This document shows positions 1 to 9,354 of a stretch of 64,000 bases of DNA, in pieces. Source of the DNA: a virus. Location of the stretch: the IMG/VR virus record IMGVR_UViG_3300028706_000553. One strand, given 5' to 3'. A program made the position numbers and the translations under genes. The stretch's first letter is position 1. Every line of letters starts with the position of its first letter. Below the pieces are notes generated by a model. That model was given only the letters and a program-made list of their open reading frames with translations, ran no database searches and had not been told where the DNA came from.

Positions 1-1
1 G

Positions 2-43
2 TTTAATAATGTGAAACAAAATATTTGGAAATATAATTTATGA
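2..43 (+). CDS. 3' end of an upstream gene (partial)
   Basis: Open frame from nt 2 (FNNVKQNIWKYNL) ends in TGA overlapping the ATG at 40 (ATGA), the coupling style seen throughout the array. Confidence 0.5.
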   Translation, partial: FNNVKQNIWKYNL

Positions 44-660
44 AAATATCTTTATATACTAGTGGTTCAACAGGAAAACAAAAACTAGTTACACATGCTG
101 AAAAGGATTTTTATAAAGCCGGTCATTGGTTAGTTGAAAAATGGGGAATAGGATACGATGATGTTATTATAAACCCTTTCCCAACATGGACTATTGCATG
201 CTGGGCGTTTTGTATAATACCTGCAAAAATTGCCCATTGTAATTTAGTAAATATTAAATTTGAACCTTTGAAATTCTGGGATGTTGTAGAAGAAGTTAAA
301 CCTACAATTCTTACATTAGCAATTGGAACATGGAGGACCCTTGTTAAAAGAAAAAAACCTAATCTTGAATTTGTTAGGAATTTTTCTACAGGCTCTGCGC
401 CAGTTACTGATGAAGATATATCACTAATGAAATCAACAGGCGCACAAAATGTTTGGAACATATATGGTTCTACAGAATGTATACCACCTGTAATGATATC
501 AAATAATAATATTTTTGATTTTCAAGAATCTCCATATTATTTGGAATACAAAGATAATTTATTTGTTGATGGTGTAAGCACAGGTGATACATTTGATCTT
601 AGTACAGGAAAATTTGAGAGTAGAATAAAACAGATAAAGGCGGATACATGGAAGTCTTAA
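40..660 (+). CDS. Minimal ANL-superfamily adenylating (AMP-binding) enzyme
   Basis: YTSGSTGKQK (A3 P-loop), TGSAP, NIYGSTE (A5), TGD (A7), SRIK (A8); only 206 aa. Confidence 0.75.
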   Translation: MKISLYTSGSTGKQKLVTHAEKDFYKAGHWLVEKWGIGYDDVIINPFPTWTIACWAFCIIPAKIAHCNLVNIKFEPLKFWDVVEEVKPTILTLAIGTWRTLVKRKKPNLEFVRNFSTGSAPVTDEDISLMKSTGAQNVWNIYGSTECIPPVMISNNNIFDFQESPYYLEYKDNLFVDGVSTGDTFDLSTGKFESRIKQIKADTWKS

Positions 661-1343
661 CAGAGAAAGAATATTATACATATCATACCGAAAATGCAGT
701 TCCTACGAAATTAAAAATAGATAGTGAATTGTTTGTAAAGGAAATATCCAGGTTTAATTTTATACCTTGGGGAGATGTTCACTTAGAATTTCCACGGTAT
801 GCGGTTCCTTTAATTAATGAAGATGGAATTTTTAAAAAAGATGATCCTGCGTGTTATCCATTAGATAGATGGAACTTTTTATTAGAATATCCCCAATTCA
901 AATATAAAGAATGGACAGATGACCACCTGGTTAAATGGAAAGAATGGAATTCTCGAAAAATTGATATGGATAGTATTGTAAATGAAAAACATTTTAAGGA
1001 ACCAACTGATGCATTAAAAATTTCCAGTCTATCTGTATTAAGTGAAATATTGCCTTATATGTATAGAAGCTGTATATTCAAATGGGATTATTTGGGACAT
1101 TTTAAAAAACATATAGATACTTGGCACCCAACACAGTGGATTAGGTTATGGGGGACCACTAATCCCGACGGCATGGTTTTGCGTTATGAAGAAAATGGTA
1201 CAATGGTAAGAAGGCATAATATAGAACAGGGTAGACTTTATCTACACGATTCAATTAAGCCTCACGAAGCGTTAGCCTTTACCGATGATGTATATCAATT
1301 CTTTATAGCATTAAATCCGCGTGCATTGGAGGTTTTATGGTAG
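648..1343 (+). CDS. Putative Fe(II)/2OG-dependent oxygenase (cupin fold)
   Basis: KKHIDT (HxD) and a distal DSIKPHEA His in a beta-rich C-terminal half. Confidence 0.55.
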   Translation: MEVLTEKEYYTYHTENAVPTKLKIDSELFVKEISRFNFIPWGDVHLEFPRYAVPLINEDGIFKKDDPACYPLDRWNFLLEYPQFKYKEWTDDHLVKWKEWNSRKIDMDSIVNEKHFKEPTDALKISSLSVLSEILPYMYRSCIFKWDYLGHFKKHIDTWHPTQWIRLWGTTNPDGMVLRYEENGTMVRRHNIEQGRLYLHDSIKPHEALAFTDDVYQFFIALNPRALEVLW

Positions 1344-2263
1344 AAAGATTAATAGATTCCAGTGAGCATTGGAAAAATGGAAACATTTCAGAAATTAAAG
1401 ATTTTGCAGATGAGTATGGATATCTTTTTTTCAAACAATGTTTAGATGTAGAAGAGAATTTAAACGTTAAACATCAAATAGACGAAGTTTTATTAAAATA
1501 TAATTATATTACTGAAACTGGGGATTTTAATACAGATTTTCAAGATATGTTTTATGCCGGCGGTGTGGGTCCAGATGAATATTTTACTGATATTAATTAT
1601 TTGGAAGATTTGCATTCATATATGCATCAAGATATGTTTTATGCTGTAATGAAAATAATTACCGGCAAAGATTGTATACCTATACCCAGATTAGTTCAAA
1701 GGACAATTTTTCCTAATAATCCCAGATTGACAACATTACCACATCAAGATCATTGGTATGCTGGAATGTCGAATGATTTGTGGACAATGTGGATTCCTTT
1801 TGGTGATGTGTCATCAGATATGGGTTCTATGAGAGTATATCCTAAATCTCAATTACTTGGGATTATACCTCCAGAAAAAAGATATTTTTCTGAAGAAAAC
1901 CAGATGATTGGATTTCACCCAACTAACTTTGAAGAATGGATTTCTGATAATTTTGAAGCAGGAGACTTTTTAATGTTCAATGTCCTCACTCAACATGGAA
2001 ACAATCATAATATATCATCTAAAGTCCGGTGCACCTTAGACGTTAGATACCAACCTACAGATGAGAGATTTTTTGATTTATTTTTTGATACACATTCTAA
2101 AGATTTGGAATGGAAAGATATATATTCAAATTTTAAAGATAAATCAAAATGTTTTTATTGGGACAGATATAATTTAAATATTGTTCAAGATGAATCGTTA
2201 TCCAGAGCTGTTGCTGAAAATCATGCAACTATAAAAATAGATTTCAATGATACATTAAAATGA
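1337..2263 (+). CDS. PhyH-family Fe(II)/2OG dioxygenase
   Basis: PHQDHWY (HxD), WTMWIPFGD, GDFLMFNVLTQHG, RCTLDVRY. Confidence 0.85.
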   Translation: MVERLIDSSEHWKNGNISEIKDFADEYGYLFFKQCLDVEENLNVKHQIDEVLLKYNYITETGDFNTDFQDMFYAGGVGPDEYFTDINYLEDLHSYMHQDMFYAVMKIITGKDCIPIPRLVQRTIFPNNPRLTTLPHQDHWYAGMSNDLWTMWIPFGDVSSDMGSMRVYPKSQLLGIIPPEKRYFSEENQMIGFHPTNFEEWISDNFEAGDFLMFNVLTQHGNNHNISSKVRCTLDVRYQPTDERFFDLFFDTHSKDLEWKDIYSNFKDKSKCFYWDRYNLNIVQDESLSRAVAENHATIKIDFNDTLK

Positions 2264-4083
2264 GCAAAAATATATACATGTGTCAAATAACCCCAGCTGA
2301 CGAAACTATAGGGGGGATGTCAAAATGTGAATGGGCATTTTTACCCTACACGGCAGGCGTATTATGGGAATATGCTCATCGTAATGAATTGATTAAAGAT
2401 AATTACGTTCTTAAAGACACTATTGTGATGAGGGACCCTTTAGATGATGTATTGAATAAACTAGATCAACCAGACATAGTGGCATTTTGTTGTTATGTTT
2501 GGAATACTAGCTTTCAATGTATTATAGCAGAAAAGATTAAAGAAAAATATCCTAATTGTCTTATTGTTGTTGGTGGCCCTCATATACCAGTTAAACAGGA
2601 TGAATGGTTTAAAGATCGGCCATATATTGATATTGCTGCTGTAAATGAAGGCGAAGAAATTTTTGAAAATATTTTATTAGAAGGAATTAATGATAATCCA
2701 GACTATTCTAAAATAAATGGAATCATATTAAATGATACTAATGGTATCCTGAGAACACCGAAGCATCCTAGAATGAAAGATCTTGATGTAATACCAAGTC
2801 CCTATCTTACTGGGTTTTTTGAAAAAATAATGAAAGAGTATCCTGATGTAAAATTCCATGCTACATGGGAATCTAATAGGGGGTGTCCCTTTAGATGTTC
2901 TTTTTGTGATTGGGGTGGGTTAACTTATCAAAAAGTTAAAATATTTGATATAAATAGATGTAAGGATGAAATTACATACATTGCAGATAAAAAAATGTTT
3001 GCAATGTGGATATCCGATGCAAATTTTGGTATATTTAAAAAAAGAGATGTTGAACTCGTACAACATTTAGTGGATACTTACAAAAAAGAAGGCTATCCTG
3101 AATTTTTTCCTACATTAGGGTATGCCAAGACACCTCCGAAAAGAAATGGCGTCGCTGAAATTCAGAGATTGATCAGGGAGGCATTACCTGATAATAAAAC
3201 ACCATCTCCTAGAGTAGCTATACAAAGTTTTGATCATGATACATTAACTAATATTAGACGTGATAATTTAAGCATAACTGATCTAGATCTAATAGTAGAT
3301 AATCAAAAGCAAAATGATGTACCTTTTGAAGTTGAACTTATAATTCCTTTACCGGGAATGACATATGATAGTTTTGTTGCTGATTGGGAATATTTTTTAC
3401 AAAATGATTCGTCTGATGGAATGATATATCCGGCCATGGTTCTTCCTAATTCCGAATTTGGTACGGCTGAATATCAAAAAAAATATAAAATCAAAGTTAG
3501 AAATATGCCGTACAATTATTTTGTAAGTAAGGATTTTTCTGATAGACGTATATATACCAGTTTAGACAAATATAAAAATGAACATTTGGAATATGCTGAT
3601 ATAATAGTAGAAACCTTTTCAATGTCAGAATCTAATGTTATTAAGTGTTGGATGTTTTATTGGATAATAGAATGTTTTTGGTATCACATTGTTTTAAAAG
3701 ATATTGTAAGTTATATAAGTAAATGTCTTAATATTCCGATAGTTAATGTTTTTAAGAAAATGCAAACATATATTCTCAATTCTTATGGAATCATAAATGA
3801 AAGATATTCTGAATTAGAGTCTTTAGTAAATAAAAGTTATTTTGCATATGATATGAAATCTCAAAAATTTCAAGATATTAAATTTTTCCAGGAACATCAT
3901 GAGTTTTTCTTTCATGATATCACAACATTTATTTCTGATGCGTGCAAAAATGATTTAAATGATGAACAATTCACGGAGACGATTGAAATGATAAAAAGAA
4001 AAGATGATTCGGATTTTTATTATCGAGATGTAACACAAAATATAATTGATGGGAGCGAAGTTGAATTAGGAGGAGCTCCATGA
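2260..4083 (+). CDS. B12-binding (class B) radical SAM protein
   Basis: N-terminal cobalamin-binding domain (DIVAFCCYVWN, IVVGGPH, NEGEEIF), then ESNRGCPFRCSFCDWG, DANFG, ELIIPLPG. Confidence 0.9.
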   Translation: MSKNIYMCQITPADETIGGMSKCEWAFLPYTAGVLWEYAHRNELIKDNYVLKDTIVMRDPLDDVLNKLDQPDIVAFCCYVWNTSFQCIIAEKIKEKYPNCLIVVGGPHIPVKQDEWFKDRPYIDIAAVNEGEEIFENILLEGINDNPDYSKINGIILNDTNGILRTPKHPRMKDLDVIPSPYLTGFFEKIMKEYPDVKFHATWESNRGCPFRCSFCDWGGLTYQKVKIFDINRCKDEITYIADKKMFAMWISDANFGIFKKRDVELVQHLVDTYKKEGYPEFFPTLGYAKTPPKRNGVAEIQRLIREALPDNKTPSPRVAIQSFDHDTLTNIRRDNLSITDLDLIVDNQKQNDVPFEVELIIPLPGMTYDSFVADWEYFLQNDSSDGMIYPAMVLPNSEFGTAEYQKKYKIKVRNMPYNYFVSKDFSDRRIYTSLDKYKNEHLEYADIIVETFSMSESNVIKCWMFYWIIECFWYHIVLKDIVSYISKCLNIPIVNVFKKMQTYILNSYGIINERYSELESLVNKSYFAYDMKSQKFQDIKFFQEHHEFFFHDITTFISDACKNDLNDEQFTETIEMIKRKDDSDFYYRDVTQNIIDGSEVELGGAP

Positions 4084-5108
4084 GTAATCAACAGGACGTA
4101 GAAAAACGAATTCAACATAATGCTACGGACAGTGCTGTAATGCACGGTTTATATGCAACTGTTCATAATGATTGGTCTGGTGAGATTAAAGATTATGATA
4201 TAACTCCATATACAGATTCAAGTGAGGCATTTCATGATGGTGATTATGACGAGATTAAAAAAAGAGCTAAGTCAGATGGTTACTTATATATAAAAGGAGC
4301 AGTGGATGTAGAAAGAAATATGTCTTTAAGGAATGATGTTTTGCGTATATGTGATGAACAAAATTTATTAATAAAAGATGATATTTTACGAGATGACATA
4401 GATGTTAATTCCGGTTCCGGCCCTCATGTATTTTGGGATAAGTGTGTTAAATTACAATCTTTTAATGAATATTTACATAAAGAACCTGCTGTACTTAAAT
4501 TATTTTCTCATATGTATGGCGAAGAATATGTTTTATTACCCAGAGCACTTTTTAGATTTTTTAAAAATAATGGTGAATTTTCTAAATTACATCAGGATTT
4601 TTGGTATTCCGGAGTTGCGAAAAATATGTGGACTGCATGGGTCCCATTAGGCGATATTCCTATGGATAAGGGTGTTATAGTAACTGCGAAGAATAGTCAT
4701 TTAAATATAGGCATTGTTCCAAATGAAGATAGATTTTATGACCAATCCAATCAGATAACTTATAAACTAAATAAAGATGATCATGAATGGTTGGCTAGCG
4801 ATTTTGAAAGTGGTGATGTATTATTCTTTAATTGTTTGTCTACTCATTTTAGTACAACCAATACAACGAATCATTTAAGACTATCCGCTGATTATAGATT
4901 TATACCCACATCTGATCCTATAGCAGATTATTTTTTTATACCTCATATGACCGAACATACGTGGGATGACATATATGAGGATTGGGACAGCACAGATTAT
5001 CAACGATATTGGTCCCACTTAGAATCAAAGTTTATATCTCCAGATGAAATAGACGACACAACAAACACTATTATGAGCCACACAACTCAATTTCAAAGCA
5101 ATATATGA
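4080..5108 (+). CDS. PhyH-family Fe(II)/2OG dioxygenase, paralogue of 1337-2263
   Basis: LHQDFWY, WTAWVPLGD, GDVLFFNCLSTH, RLSADYRF; shares the C-terminal W-x-DIY...YW tail with 1337-2263. Confidence 0.85.
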   Translation: MSNQQDVEKRIQHNATDSAVMHGLYATVHNDWSGEIKDYDITPYTDSSEAFHDGDYDEIKKRAKSDGYLYIKGAVDVERNMSLRNDVLRICDEQNLLIKDDILRDDIDVNSGSGPHVFWDKCVKLQSFNEYLHKEPAVLKLFSHMYGEEYVLLPRALFRFFKNNGEFSKLHQDFWYSGVAKNMWTAWVPLGDIPMDKGVIVTAKNSHLNIGIVPNEDRFYDQSNQITYKLNKDDHEWLASDFESGDVLFFNCLSTHFSTTNTTNHLRLSADYRFIPTSDPIADYFFIPHMTEHTWDDIYEDWDSTDYQRYWSHLESKFISPDEIDDTTNTIMSHTTQFQSNI

Positions 5109-6184
5109 AAACAAGTAAAATACCCGGATTAGGAAGATTTGGTCTATTCATAGACGATCTACATTATAAAGATATTACTCCTGAATTATGGAATGAGATT
5201 GCTACTTTATATTTGGATAATTTAGTAGTTATAATACGCGATTGTGATTTTACTTTAGCACAATTCGAAGAGCTAACCCTAAAATGGGGTGATGGCACTA
5301 GTACTTTTTTGGTTAACATTACCAAAAAATATGGGTTCACAGATGTTTTTCAATTTGCTGATAATATGGCAGAATTAGATTTAACTGATGAAGAGAAGCA
5401 ATGGTTCAGGGCAGTGGATAAGGTTAAGGCTACTGATATAGATCCAGAAAAAGCTGCAGCAGTTAGAGTAACATCTAGAAGAGATGAGAATGGTGATTTT
5501 ACAGGAATGTTTCCCGACGGAGAACTGCTTTGGCATGCTAATGAATCTGGTAATTTTTTATTTGCACCCAGCGTAGCTTTTTATGGATTTGCAGATGTCG
5601 TGGGATCTTCTACTGGATTTTTGACAACGACCGATTGGTATGAAGAACAAACAGAATCTTTCAGAAGTGAGCTCGATGATATGATTCTTGTTCATGATTT
5701 TACTAAAAATAGATTTACTCCTGAATTATCTGAAGATGAACAACAAGTAATAATTAAAAATAATATGTGTCCTGAAAGATGTGAATTGCCTATGGTTATG
5801 CAATCCCCAGGTGGAATAAAAGGTTTACATTATACTATTACCAGTACCGTTTCCGGAATTAAAGGTGCAACTGATTCAGAGTTTAAAAAAATAACCGATA
5901 GTATAAATGAAACATTATTAGTAGATAAATATATTTACGATCATTGGTATACTTCTAGAGATTTATGTTTTTTTGATAATGCGATTTCTCTACATAGGCG
6001 CCAAGGCGATTTATCTAAGGGTAGATTAGGATATAGGATTCAACATAATTTAAGATATATACAAAGAGTTGATAGTCTATATTTAAAAGAACCATGGAAA
6101 TCACAATATATAAAAGAAATTAATGAGATGAACGATATTTTAGGATTTAACGATGCAAGATTCCCAGCGTTCAATTCTTATTAA
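5105..6184 (+). CDS. TauD/TfdA-like dioxygenase
   Basis: LVVIIRD, LLWHANES, FFDNAISLHRR, RLGYRI follow the TauD layout. Confidence 0.7.
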   Translation: MKTSKIPGLGRFGLFIDDLHYKDITPELWNEIATLYLDNLVVIIRDCDFTLAQFEELTLKWGDGTSTFLVNITKKYGFTDVFQFADNMAELDLTDEEKQWFRAVDKVKATDIDPEKAAAVRVTSRRDENGDFTGMFPDGELLWHANESGNFLFAPSVAFYGFADVVGSSTGFLTTTDWYEEQTESFRSELDDMILVHDFTKNRFTPELSEDEQQVIIKNNMCPERCELPMVMQSPGGIKGLHYTITSTVSGIKGATDSEFKKITDSINETLLVDKYIYDHWYTSRDLCFFDNAISLHRRQGDLSKGRLGYRIQHNLRYIQRVDSLYLKEPWKSQYIKEINEMNDILGFNDARFPAFNSY

Positions 6185-6200
6185 ATAAAAGGGTAGTTAA

Positions 6201-7064
6201 ATGATACAAGATAACGGATGGTATAGAAACGAAAGCGATACAGCACTCAGAGATAAACTAGCTGATGATTTTCCCATTGGAACTAACGATGCGTCTTTCA
6301 GTTTTCATCAGAAAATATTAAATGATTTAAGTTTATCTAATACAAGAGTCTCAATAGACATTGGAGCATATACTGGGGCCTGGACATCGGTTTTGAGTGA
6401 TAATTTTAATGCAGTTTATTCATTTGAGCTTTCTGCCGATAATTGTGAATGCATTAACAAAAATACGGAAAGTAAAACCGGCATAACCTTACATAATGTT
6501 ATTATTTCACATCGGACTAGTAAGACTGTTACTCTGTCGGATGGTAAAGAATATGTCGTAGAAATATTTTTGAAAGATGGGGCACAGGTCAAACAGGGTG
6601 AAGTTGGTATCATGGAATTAACTGATGCTGCCGACTATAGTTCTTCCAGATTTGTCAGAGCCGATAGACCAACGGTTGAGGCAGTGTTTTCCGCAGAAAC
6701 TGATAGGTCTTCAGATATTACAATGAAAGAAATTGATGAATACAGTTTTACCGATGTTGATTTAATTAATTTGCATACTAATGGTAGTGAATATCTTGCT
6801 ATTATGGGTGCTATTGATACCATAGCAGCATGCAGACCTGTTATAATATATCAAGCATATGAAGCTGAAATGAGTTATTACGGTCATCAATCAGATACTT
6901 GTAATTTTGATGAAAGTGCCGGAGGTATTAGTAAGGCAGATCGCGAGACAATACAGACTCCAGAAACGATTGACGAATTTGTAACCAGCTTAGGATATTC
7001 TATTACAACAAACACATCATTTGATAAATGGGGCATGACATATAGGATAGCTGTCCCCGATTAA
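6201..7064 (+). CDS. FkbM-family SAM-dependent methyltransferase (divergent)
   Basis: IDIGAYTG motif I, VYSFE, and GSEYLAIMGAIDTI..CRPVI matching the FkbM C-terminal pattern. Confidence 0.7.
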   Translation: MIQDNGWYRNESDTALRDKLADDFPIGTNDASFSFHQKILNDLSLSNTRVSIDIGAYTGAWTSVLSDNFNAVYSFELSADNCECINKNTESKTGITLHNVIISHRTSKTVTLSDGKEYVVEIFLKDGAQVKQGEVGIMELTDAADYSSSRFVRADRPTVEAVFSAETDRSSDITMKEIDEYSFTDVDLINLHTNGSEYLAIMGAIDTIAACRPVIIYQAYEAEMSYYGHQSDTCNFDESAGGISKADRETIQTPETIDEFVTSLGYSITTNTSFDKWGMTYRIAVPD

Positions 7065-7065
7065 T

Positions 7066-8133
7066 ATGACTAAAAACTTTACATGTGAATTTCCATATAG
7101 CATGTTAAATATGACCATGGAAGGGGACTATCAAACTTGTTCTTGGTCTAAGGTATATCCAAAATATCATAATTCATCTCCGAATAGTTTTTTTAATAGT
7201 TCTTTATTGAAAAATATTCGATCAGATATGGCTAATGGTATATTTTCTTCTGATATACAAGACATGTGTCGGTTTTGTATAAAATTAGAAAATTCTAATG
7301 AAACGTCTCCTAGAATTCCTTTTATTAAACCCCCCAAAGAAGAATTAACTCATATTAATTTAAATCAAATTGGCAATCGATGCAATCTCCGATGTGCTGG
7401 TTGCGGTCCTGAGAGGTCTTCTAAGTATGGACCGTTAATAGATAATTGGAATTATAATATTGATGAGTTCAGAGATATTAAAAAAATTGGGTTTATAGGT
7501 GGCGAAGCACTATTAATGAAAAGTGTAAAAGATGTTCTATTTAATCTTGATGCAGAATTTGTACTTATAACTAATGCTACTACTTTTCCCAAATGGTTGT
7601 ATAAATTAACTAAGAAGAAAATTAAATTTATAGTTTCAATAGATGGTGTTGGACAATTAGATGATTATATTCGCCAAGGTTCCAATTTTACTAAAAAACA
7701 TTTAAATATAAAAAAATATGCAGAATACTTTGATATAGATTTTATGTGTACTATGCAAATGATGAATTATAGGTATTTAAATGATATTAAAAATTATGTG
7801 TCTGATGAATTTGGAAAAAAGTTAACTTCGGTTAATAGATTGATGGTACCCAGTATTTTAGATGCTATAAATTTACCCATACCATATAAGCTTCAATATA
7901 GTAAAAGTAACCAGTTAACGAAATCTTTTAAAGAAGCTTTTCCAGATTTAGATAAATTTAAATCAGCCATGAGTTTTTTAAAGGCACGCGATATTCAATA
8001 TAATAAATCGTTATTAGATTTTTTACCAGAATTTGAAAATGAATATATGCATGCTGAGCCTTCTGAATATGCCTTAGAGGATATGAGTAAAATGACTGAT
8101 AATGTTCCACCCATTATAATGTATAATATATGA
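7066..8133 (+). CDS. Radical SAM protein with N-terminal twitch domain
   Basis: CEFPY...C...CRFC at the N-terminus; CNLRCAGC; GGEALL; TNAT; VSIDG. Confidence 0.88.
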   Translation: MTKNFTCEFPYSMLNMTMEGDYQTCSWSKVYPKYHNSSPNSFFNSSLLKNIRSDMANGIFSSDIQDMCRFCIKLENSNETSPRIPFIKPPKEELTHINLNQIGNRCNLRCAGCGPERSSKYGPLIDNWNYNIDEFRDIKKIGFIGGEALLMKSVKDVLFNLDAEFVLITNATTFPKWLYKLTKKKIKFIVSIDGVGQLDDYIRQGSNFTKKHLNIKKYAEYFDIDFMCTMQMMNYRYLNDIKNYVSDEFGKKLTSVNRLMVPSILDAINLPIPYKLQYSKSNQLTKSFKEAFPDLDKFKSAMSFLKARDIQYNKSLLDFLPEFENEYMHAEPSEYALEDMSKMTDNVPPIIMYNI

Positions 8134-8870
8134 TATTCGGAACAGTTGAAAAATGGGCCGATGATGGCCACGCTTTAAAGGGTAAAGGTACTGGAATTAA
8201 AAATGCAGTAAAAGCTGGCTTTGATACTTTTGATACTGCACCTGGATATTTAAATGAGAAAGAAGTTGGTAATGATCTTGAGGACATCTTTCAAGTCCAA
8301 TCTAAATTAGATTATTTTAAATGGGGATATGAAAATGTTATTGAGGAGTTTGAAAAATCCAGTGAACATTTAAGTATAACAACATATTTAATACATTGGC
8401 CTGTTTTACCACTAAAAGAATTAAAAGAAACATGGAGAGCATTTGAATATCTTAAAAATGAAGGCCGAGTTGAAAAAATAGGTGTTTGTAATTTTACAAT
8501 AAAACATCTTCATAAATTATTAGATATATGTGAAACACCACCTGATATAAATCAATTTGAATTAAATATATTTTGCCAGAATGATGAATTGGTTAATGAA
8601 TGTAATCGTCACAACATTGAAGCACAGTCTTATTCTTCTATCTGTAGAGGCAAATCTATTTTTGGAGCACCGCCGATCTCATTAAATGTTATGCTTGATT
8701 GGTTATTAACTAAAGGTGTTAATCCAATTGTTAGAAGCACTAAAATTAATCGATTACAAGAAATGATAAAACTCGAAAGCAGTTTAACAGAAAGGTCTTT
8801 AGATCATTATAAGGAATATGATAGGCAATTTCGTTTCTGTCCGGACCCAAACACCATGGGGAATTGGTAA
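8130..8870 (+). CDS. Aldo/keto reductase
   Basis: FDTAPGYLNEKEVG, SKL, YLIHWP, IGVCNF, NQFE catalytic-tetrad motifs. Confidence 0.88.
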   Translation: MIFGTVEKWADDGHALKGKGTGIKNAVKAGFDTFDTAPGYLNEKEVGNDLEDIFQVQSKLDYFKWGYENVIEEFEKSSEHLSITTYLIHWPVLPLKELKETWRAFEYLKNEGRVEKIGVCNFTIKHLHKLLDICETPPDINQFELNIFCQNDELVNECNRHNIEAQSYSSICRGKSIFGAPPISLNVMLDWLLTKGVNPIVRSTKINRLQEMIKLESSLTERSLDHYKEYDRQFRFCPDPNTMGNW

Positions 8871-8878
8871 TATAAATA
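8871..8878 (+). promoter_or_regulatory. T4-type late promoter TATAAATA
   Basis: Exact consensus in an intergenic gap, directly after the upstream TAA. Confidence 0.7.
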
Positions 8879-8918
8879 TTGTATTCACTAAACTCAAATG
8901 AAGAAAAAGGATAAAAAA

Positions 8919-9131
8919 ATGCAAAAGGTATTAGTTTGCATTATTATGGTAACATGGATGGTTGTAGGATGTGAAGCAGTAAGACAAGCAGGATGTTATG
9001 GATATTGGGTAGGCGCCGATGGTCATCAGAGAGGCACTAGATGGTCTAATCAAAATAACACTAGACCTTATCGACAATGTGTAGAAAAAGAAGTACCACA
9101 TAAAAATACAGAAAAGAGACCCTATGGTTAA
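8919..9131 (+). CDS. Small putative lipoprotein
   Basis: AAGGA RBS before ATG 8919 (alternative start 8898); hydrophobic stretch ending in lipobox VVGC. Confidence 0.6.
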   Translation: MQKVLVCIIMVTWMVVGCEAVRQAGCYGYWVGADGHQRGTRWSNQNNTRPYRQCVEKEVPHKNTEKRPYG

Positions 9132-9345
9132 AATAGCATTACTAGTTGTAATGTTATTGATGATTGGTTGTTCAAAAGAAAATAACTGGCCTTATCCATT
9201 GACTCCGTTTTTCGCAGAGTGCGAATATGAAGGAAAAGTTTTTGTAGATTATGAATATCTCAAAAGAAAAAGTGCGGGCGGATGTAAAAACGACGAACCT
9301 TTTAAATATTATCCAAGAGGCGAACCGAATTTGACAAATGATTAA
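9124..9345 (+). CDS. Small putative lipoprotein
   Basis: MVKIALLVVMLLMIG-C signal peptide II-like sequence; two further Cys. Confidence 0.6.
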   Translation: MVKIALLVVMLLMIGCSKENNWPYPLTPFFAECEYEGKVFVDYEYLKRKSAGGCKNDEPFKYYPRGEPNLTND

Positions 9346-9354
9346 TAATTATAT

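Noticed and set aside
6175-6200. Late promoter before the FkbM-like gene (TATTAAATAAAA)
   Set aside because: Does not match TATAAATA and is expected by chance in AT-rich DNA
6540-6620. Biotinyl/lipoyl-domain-like hairpin (EIFLKDGAQVKQGEV) in the FkbM-like protein
   Set aside because: Only half of the domain pattern and no acceptor-lysine motif; probably chance
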